DNA from: an uncultured Bacilli bacterium
Lineage (GTDB): Bacteria > Bacillota_I > Bacilli_A > RFN20 > CAG-826
Assembly (NCBI GenBank): GCA_944363565.1
Contig: CALVUI010000001.1
Coordinates: 494,350-558,349, forward strand
Direction of reading: 5' to 3'
DNA length: 64,000 bases
Part shown: piece after piece, positions 60,565-64,000 of the stretch
Layout of the letters: every line of letters starts with the position of its first letter
How positions within the stretch are numbered: position 1 is the first letter of the stretch
Made by a program: the position numbers and the translations under genes
Notes under the pieces: model-generated
The model's database searches: none
Told to the model about the DNA's origin: nothing
Seen by the model: the letters and a program-made list of their open reading frames with translations, nothing else

Positions 60565-61733
60565 TCTAGATCAATGACCTCGTGGCTCCCGAGTTTGGGA
60601 ATGGCGACTTCGACCACGGACTTCGGCCCGTAGTGTTTCTCCATCACTCCCCTGAAGGCGGGAATCTCCTCTTCGTAGAGGAAGTTGAGGGTGGTGCCGG
60701 CAAAGCCCCCGCCCATGAGGCGGGAGGCTCCCCGCTTGAGTAGGGGAGCCGTCAGTTCGACGGCCTCGAGGGGGCTCTTCTCATAACGGCCCGGGACCAT
60801 CGCATTTCTTAATAGATAAGCGGAAGATAGATGGCTGGCCCTGATGATTTCCAAGAAGGCCATTTCGTTTTTCTCCTTGATGGCCCTGACCGCCCGTTCG
60901 ACCCTTCTATTTTCCTCATAGAAGTGGACGGACCTCAGGCGTTCGGCTTCACTCAAATTGCTCGAGCGCATGACCTCGTAGAACTTGCTTTCCTCGACCT
61001 CGGAGAGCTTTTCCTTCCCGAAGAGCGAAGCCACGTGCTTCATGTCCTCGGGGATCGAGGCGTAGTAGGAAGTCAGTTTCCCGTGGCTAAGCCCCGGGTT
61101 GACGAGGAAGAGACGGAGGTCATCGAAGGGCCAGGCCAGGTTTTCGAGTTCGGCCTCGGGCTTGGCAAACGAAATATGGCAAAGGCCCCCGAAGCTCGAC
61201 CCGCATTGGTCAAGGAGGCCCGATGGCTTCCCGAAATAGACGTTTTCGCTATATTGGCCGATCATCGCCAGTTCCAGGCGCGAGATCTTTCCCTCATTGA
61301 AAAGGTCGTTGATGATTTCCCCGACCATCAGCTCATAGGCGGCCGAGGAAGAAACCCCGGCGCCCCGGAAGATGTCGCTATAGAAGACGGCCGAGAAACC
61401 GCCGATCTTCTTGCCGGCCTTGGCACAGCCAGCCAAGACCCCTTTGGCTAGGGCCTTCGGGGTCCCCTTCTCATCCTCGCTGCACTTCAGTTCGTCGAGG
61501 GTGAAGTAGTGGCGCCCGTAGCCGATCGAATCGATGTCGACCAGACGGTCGTCCCGCTTGATGACCGCGGCCTTGATGCCGAGGGTGGCGGGGGAAACGA
61601 GGACCTCGCCCCCGTTATGGTCGGTGTGGTTACCGAGGATCTCGAGGCGGCCCGGCGAGAAGAAGTAACGGACTTCCCCTTCAACCCCATTTCCGAGGAG
61701 TTTTTCCTTTAGTTGCTTGTAATCAAATTCCAT
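60561..61733 (-). CDS. galK: Galactokinase
   Basis: Start trimmed to ATG 61731-61733 (MEFDYKQL). GRLEILGNHTDHNGG signature. GHMP motif GAGVSSSAA. Confidence 0.93.
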   Translation of the reverse strand: MEFDYKQLKEKLLGNGVEGEVRYFFSPGRLEILGNHTDHNGGEVLVSPATLGIKAAVIKRDDRLVDIDSIGYGRHYFTLDELKCSEDEKGTPKALAKGVLAGCAKAGKKIGGFSAVFYSDIFRGAGVSSSAAYELMVGEIINDLFNEGKISRLELAMIGQYSENVYFGKPSGLLDQCGSSFGGLCHISFAKPEAELENLAWPFDDLRLFLVNPGLSHGKLTSYYASIPEDMKHVASLFGKEKLSEVEESKFYEVMRSSNLSEAERLRSVHFYEENRRVERAVRAIKEKNEMAFLEIIRASHLSSAYLLRNAMVPGRYEKSPLEAVELTAPLLKRGASRLMGGGFAGTTLNFLYEEEIPAFRGVMEKHYGPKSVVEVAIPKLGSHEVIDLE

Positions 61734-63219
61734 AACCGGTTCCTTGCAGGAAGGCATGGAGGCCCTTCTTGCCTGCCTCGTCTTTCTTGAAGACGCTGAC
61801 GTCATCGAGGATCAGGCGGCAGATGCCCCCGATGTATTTTTCGGCCGTGAGGCCGTGTTTGAGGGAGGATAGCATCCCTGCGAATCCCTGCAGATCGGGG
61901 TTCTTTTTCACCATTTCCTCATAGCTGAGGCCGCTGGCGGCCGCCTCTTCGACCAGTTTCGACTGGCGCTTCAGACGGCTGGGCAGGATGAAGAGGCCGG
62001 CCGCTTCGATAAGGCCGATCCCCTCCTTCTTGATATGGGCGAATTGTTCTCTCGCATGGAAGATGCCACCGGGATGCTCGGCATCGGTCCGATTGTTCCT
62101 AAGGATGAGATAGATGAGGTAGTTCCCTTCCTTCTTCCTGACGATGATGGTGGAGGTCGAGTGCCTCCCTTCCTCATCGTGGCTCACGATGTTGAGGGAA
62201 GGATTATCGTAATGGGCCCAAGCTTCGATGACCTTGAGGGCGGCTTCGTGGACCTTGGCCTTGTCCTTGCCCTCTAGGCAAAGGACGGTGTCGTAGAAAT
62301 CGACCTCGTGGAGGACGACCCCATCGACCGGACCCTTAAGGGTGTTGAGGAAGGGAACCTTGAGGAGGGGCAATTCATGGCCCCCGCCCTGGAAGTGCTC
62401 GTGATTGAGGATGCTGCCCCCGACGATCGGGAGGTCGCTGTTGGAGCCGATGAAGTAATGGGGGAAGAGATCGGCGAAGTCCATCAAGGAGGCGAGGCTG
62501 AAGCCATCGACCTTCATCGGGACGTGGTCTTCAAGGAAGACGATGCAGTGTTCGCGGTAATAGACATAGGGGGAGAATTGGAGGTACCAGCGCTTCCCGC
62601 CTAGGGTCAAGGGAACGAAGCGGAGATTGCCGCGGCTAGGATGGCCGGGGCGTCCGATGTAGCCCTCGTTTTCCGGGCAAAGGAGGCAACGGGGATAGGA
62701 GACGTCGGCCTTCTTGGTGGCGGCGGCGATGTCCTTATTGCTCTTCTCTGGCTTCGACATGTTGATGGAAATCTCGAGCATCGGCCCCTTTTCGAACTTG
62801 GCGTCGAAGAGGATGTTCTTGTCGACCCGCGACTTCTTGATGTAGTCATTTTCGATCGAAAGGTTGTAGAGGTAGGTGGTCGATAGTTCCGGGTTCTTCT
62901 TGTAGAGCCCATCAAAAGTAGAAATCACTTCCGAGGGAAGCGGGGTCAGTAGACCTAAGGCCCGGTCGGTGATGCGGTCGATCTCGTCGACGCTGAGGCC
63001 TTCTTCGGCATAGCCTTCCCTAATCGGATCGAGGATGGCGTCCGGGGTCTTGAGGGCGGCGATGGCTTTTTCGTCGATCTCGCCCTTATAGGGTTCCTCG
63101 ACCTTCAGTTCCTCCAGTAGGAGATTGCGGACGTAGATGACGTCCTCGTCCCTCAGATAGAGGTGGCTCCTAGCGTAACTCAGGAGCTCTTCGATGGCCT
63201 TGGCCAACTTTTCTTTCAT
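61723..63219 (-). CDS. galT: Galactose-1-phosphate uridylyltransferase (Firmicutes-type, ~500 aa)
   Basis: 498 aa with a long-form GalT sequence (CLLCPENEGY...GGSILNHEHFQGG). Confidence 0.92.
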   Translation of the reverse strand: MKEKLAKAIEELLSYARSHLYLRDEDVIYVRNLLLEELKVEEPYKGEIDEKAIAALKTPDAILDPIREGYAEEGLSVDEIDRITDRALGLLTPLPSEVISTFDGLYKKNPELSTTYLYNLSIENDYIKKSRVDKNILFDAKFEKGPMLEISINMSKPEKSNKDIAAATKKADVSYPRCLLCPENEGYIGRPGHPSRGNLRFVPLTLGGKRWYLQFSPYVYYREHCIVFLEDHVPMKVDGFSLASLMDFADLFPHYFIGSNSDLPIVGGSILNHEHFQGGGHELPLLKVPFLNTLKGPVDGVVLHEVDFYDTVLCLEGKDKAKVHEAALKVIEAWAHYDNPSLNIVSHDEEGRHSTSTIIVRKKEGNYLIYLILRNNRTDAEHPGGIFHAREQFAHIKKEGIGLIEAAGLFILPSRLKRQSKLVEEAAASGLSYEEMVKKNPDLQGFAGMLSSLKHGLTAEKYIGGICRLILDDVSVFKKDEAGKKGLHAFLQGTGYGI

Positions 63220-64000
63220 CTATTTTCCTCCACTTCGATCGTGATTCTGCGGGAATAACGGCGGTTGGGTTCCACGACCATGGTGGCGTAGTCCAAAGGC
63301 GGATAGACCGGTTCGAGGGCGACCGAGCCATGGAGCTTTTCGGGCCAGACCGTCGTCTCGATCGGGGAATTCGAAAGGAAGTTGTCGGTATAGATCTGGA
63401 TGGCCGGGGCGTCGCTATAAAGCTTGATGGTCAGCCTCTCCCCCTTGAGGGTAGCGAGAGGTTCATCGTAATCATGGTCGCCCCGGTAGAAGCAATGGTC
63501 ATAGCCCTGGGTATTGGTCTCGTAGAGTTCGGGCGCCAGGATGTTCTGCCCGATCGGCTTGGCCGTATTGAAGTCGGTGGCCTCGTCGAGGGCCACGAAG
63601 CCGAGGGGAATGAGGTCCTTGCGGTAGCTCATGACACGGCTGGCCTTGATCTCGAGCCGCTGGTCCAAGACGTCGAGGTCGCCCCCGGCGTTGTAGAAGG
63701 CATGGTTGGTGAGGTTGACCAGGGTCTTCTTGTCGCTTTCGTATTCGTAAACGATGTGGAGCTTGCCCTTTTCGATCTTGTAGATGACGTCGAGACCGAG
63801 GTTCCCCGGGAAGCCGTTGTCCCCGTCTTTCGAATCGAGATGGAAGAGGACTCCGTCCTCGAGGAGTTTGACTGCGAATTCGCGGAAGGCGAAGTTGTGG
63901 GGTCCCCCGTGGAGGGCATTCTTCCCTTCATTGGGCGGGACTTCGAGGTGGATGCCCTCGTAGTCGAGGAGGCCGTTTTCGATCCGCCCGGCGAAGCGCC
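63216..64000 (-). CDS. galM: Aldose 1-epimerase (5' end outside the window)
   Basis: The reading frame is open from the window edge (...GRIENG...NEGKNALHGGPHNF...) into ORF 63216..63668. The TTG at 63668 is only an ORF-finder artefact. Confidence 0.85.
   Translation of the reverse strand, partial: RFAGRIENGLLDYEGIHLEVPPNEGKNALHGGPHNFAFREFAVKLLEDGVLFHLDSKDGDNGFPGNLGLDVIYKIEKGKLHIVYEYESDKKTLVNLTNHAFYNAGGDLDVLDQRLEIKASRVMSYRKDLIPLGFVALDEATDFNTAKPIGQNILAPELYETNTQGYDHCFYRGDHDYDEPLATLKGERLTIKLYSDAPAIQIYTDNFLSNSPIETTVWPEKLHGSVALEPVYPPLDYATMVVEPNRRYSRRITIEVEENR

Noticed and set aside
63629-63931. 100-aa minus-strand ORF near the window end
   Set aside because: It is an alternate frame of the galM (aldose 1-epimerase) coding region, which is open to the window edge.
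1-64000. Alternative genetic code (UGA=Trp as in many Mollicutes)
   Set aside because: Long genes (cas9, the 1778-aa protein, infB, the lipoprotein) are intact under the standard code, and genes end at TGA/TAA/TAG with sensible C-termini. The single in-frame TAG at 13726 is an isolated case.

Overview
This 64-kb chromosomal window has Firmicutes/Mollicutes-type gene order, uses the standard genetic code, and encodes many lipoproteins. Host genes have strongly C/G-ending codons. Housekeeping backbone: rpsO, typA, ribF-truB, rimP-nusA-ylxR-ylxQ-infB-rbfA, a degV-family gene, rimO, malQ, galK-galT-galM, two aldo/keto-reductase-ferredoxin fusions and tRNA-Thr(GGU). Several accessory modules are embedded in it. 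(1) A visibly AT-richer type II CRISPR-Cas9 locus: divergent tracrRNA, cas9-cas1-cas2, a 33-repeat array, and an inverted ABC-type P-loop ATPase gene sitting where csn2 would be. (2) Directly beside it, a MazG-like / PD-(D/E)xK-SF1 helicase (DUF2075-like) / HNH three-gene putative defence cluster. (3) A ~550-nt GC-rich orphan RNA candidate full of GNRA hairpins, with its own terminator, next to a divergent WYL-domain gene. I could not assign it to any family. (4) A ~10-kb low-GC island abutting tRNA-Thr. It carries a 1778-aa seven-domain protein (four GT-A-like domains, a kinase-like domain, a methyltransferase and a SLOG/LOG-like domain) in an operon with a PHP phosphoesterase and a short nucleotide-sugar-dehydrogenase-like protein. 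(5) An XRE cluster including an HTH...HEPN-like protein. (6) A DUF3990-like two-gene module, large modular surface lipoproteins and several gene fragments/pseudogenes. All calls come from reading the sequence and the ORF track; no database search was possible.
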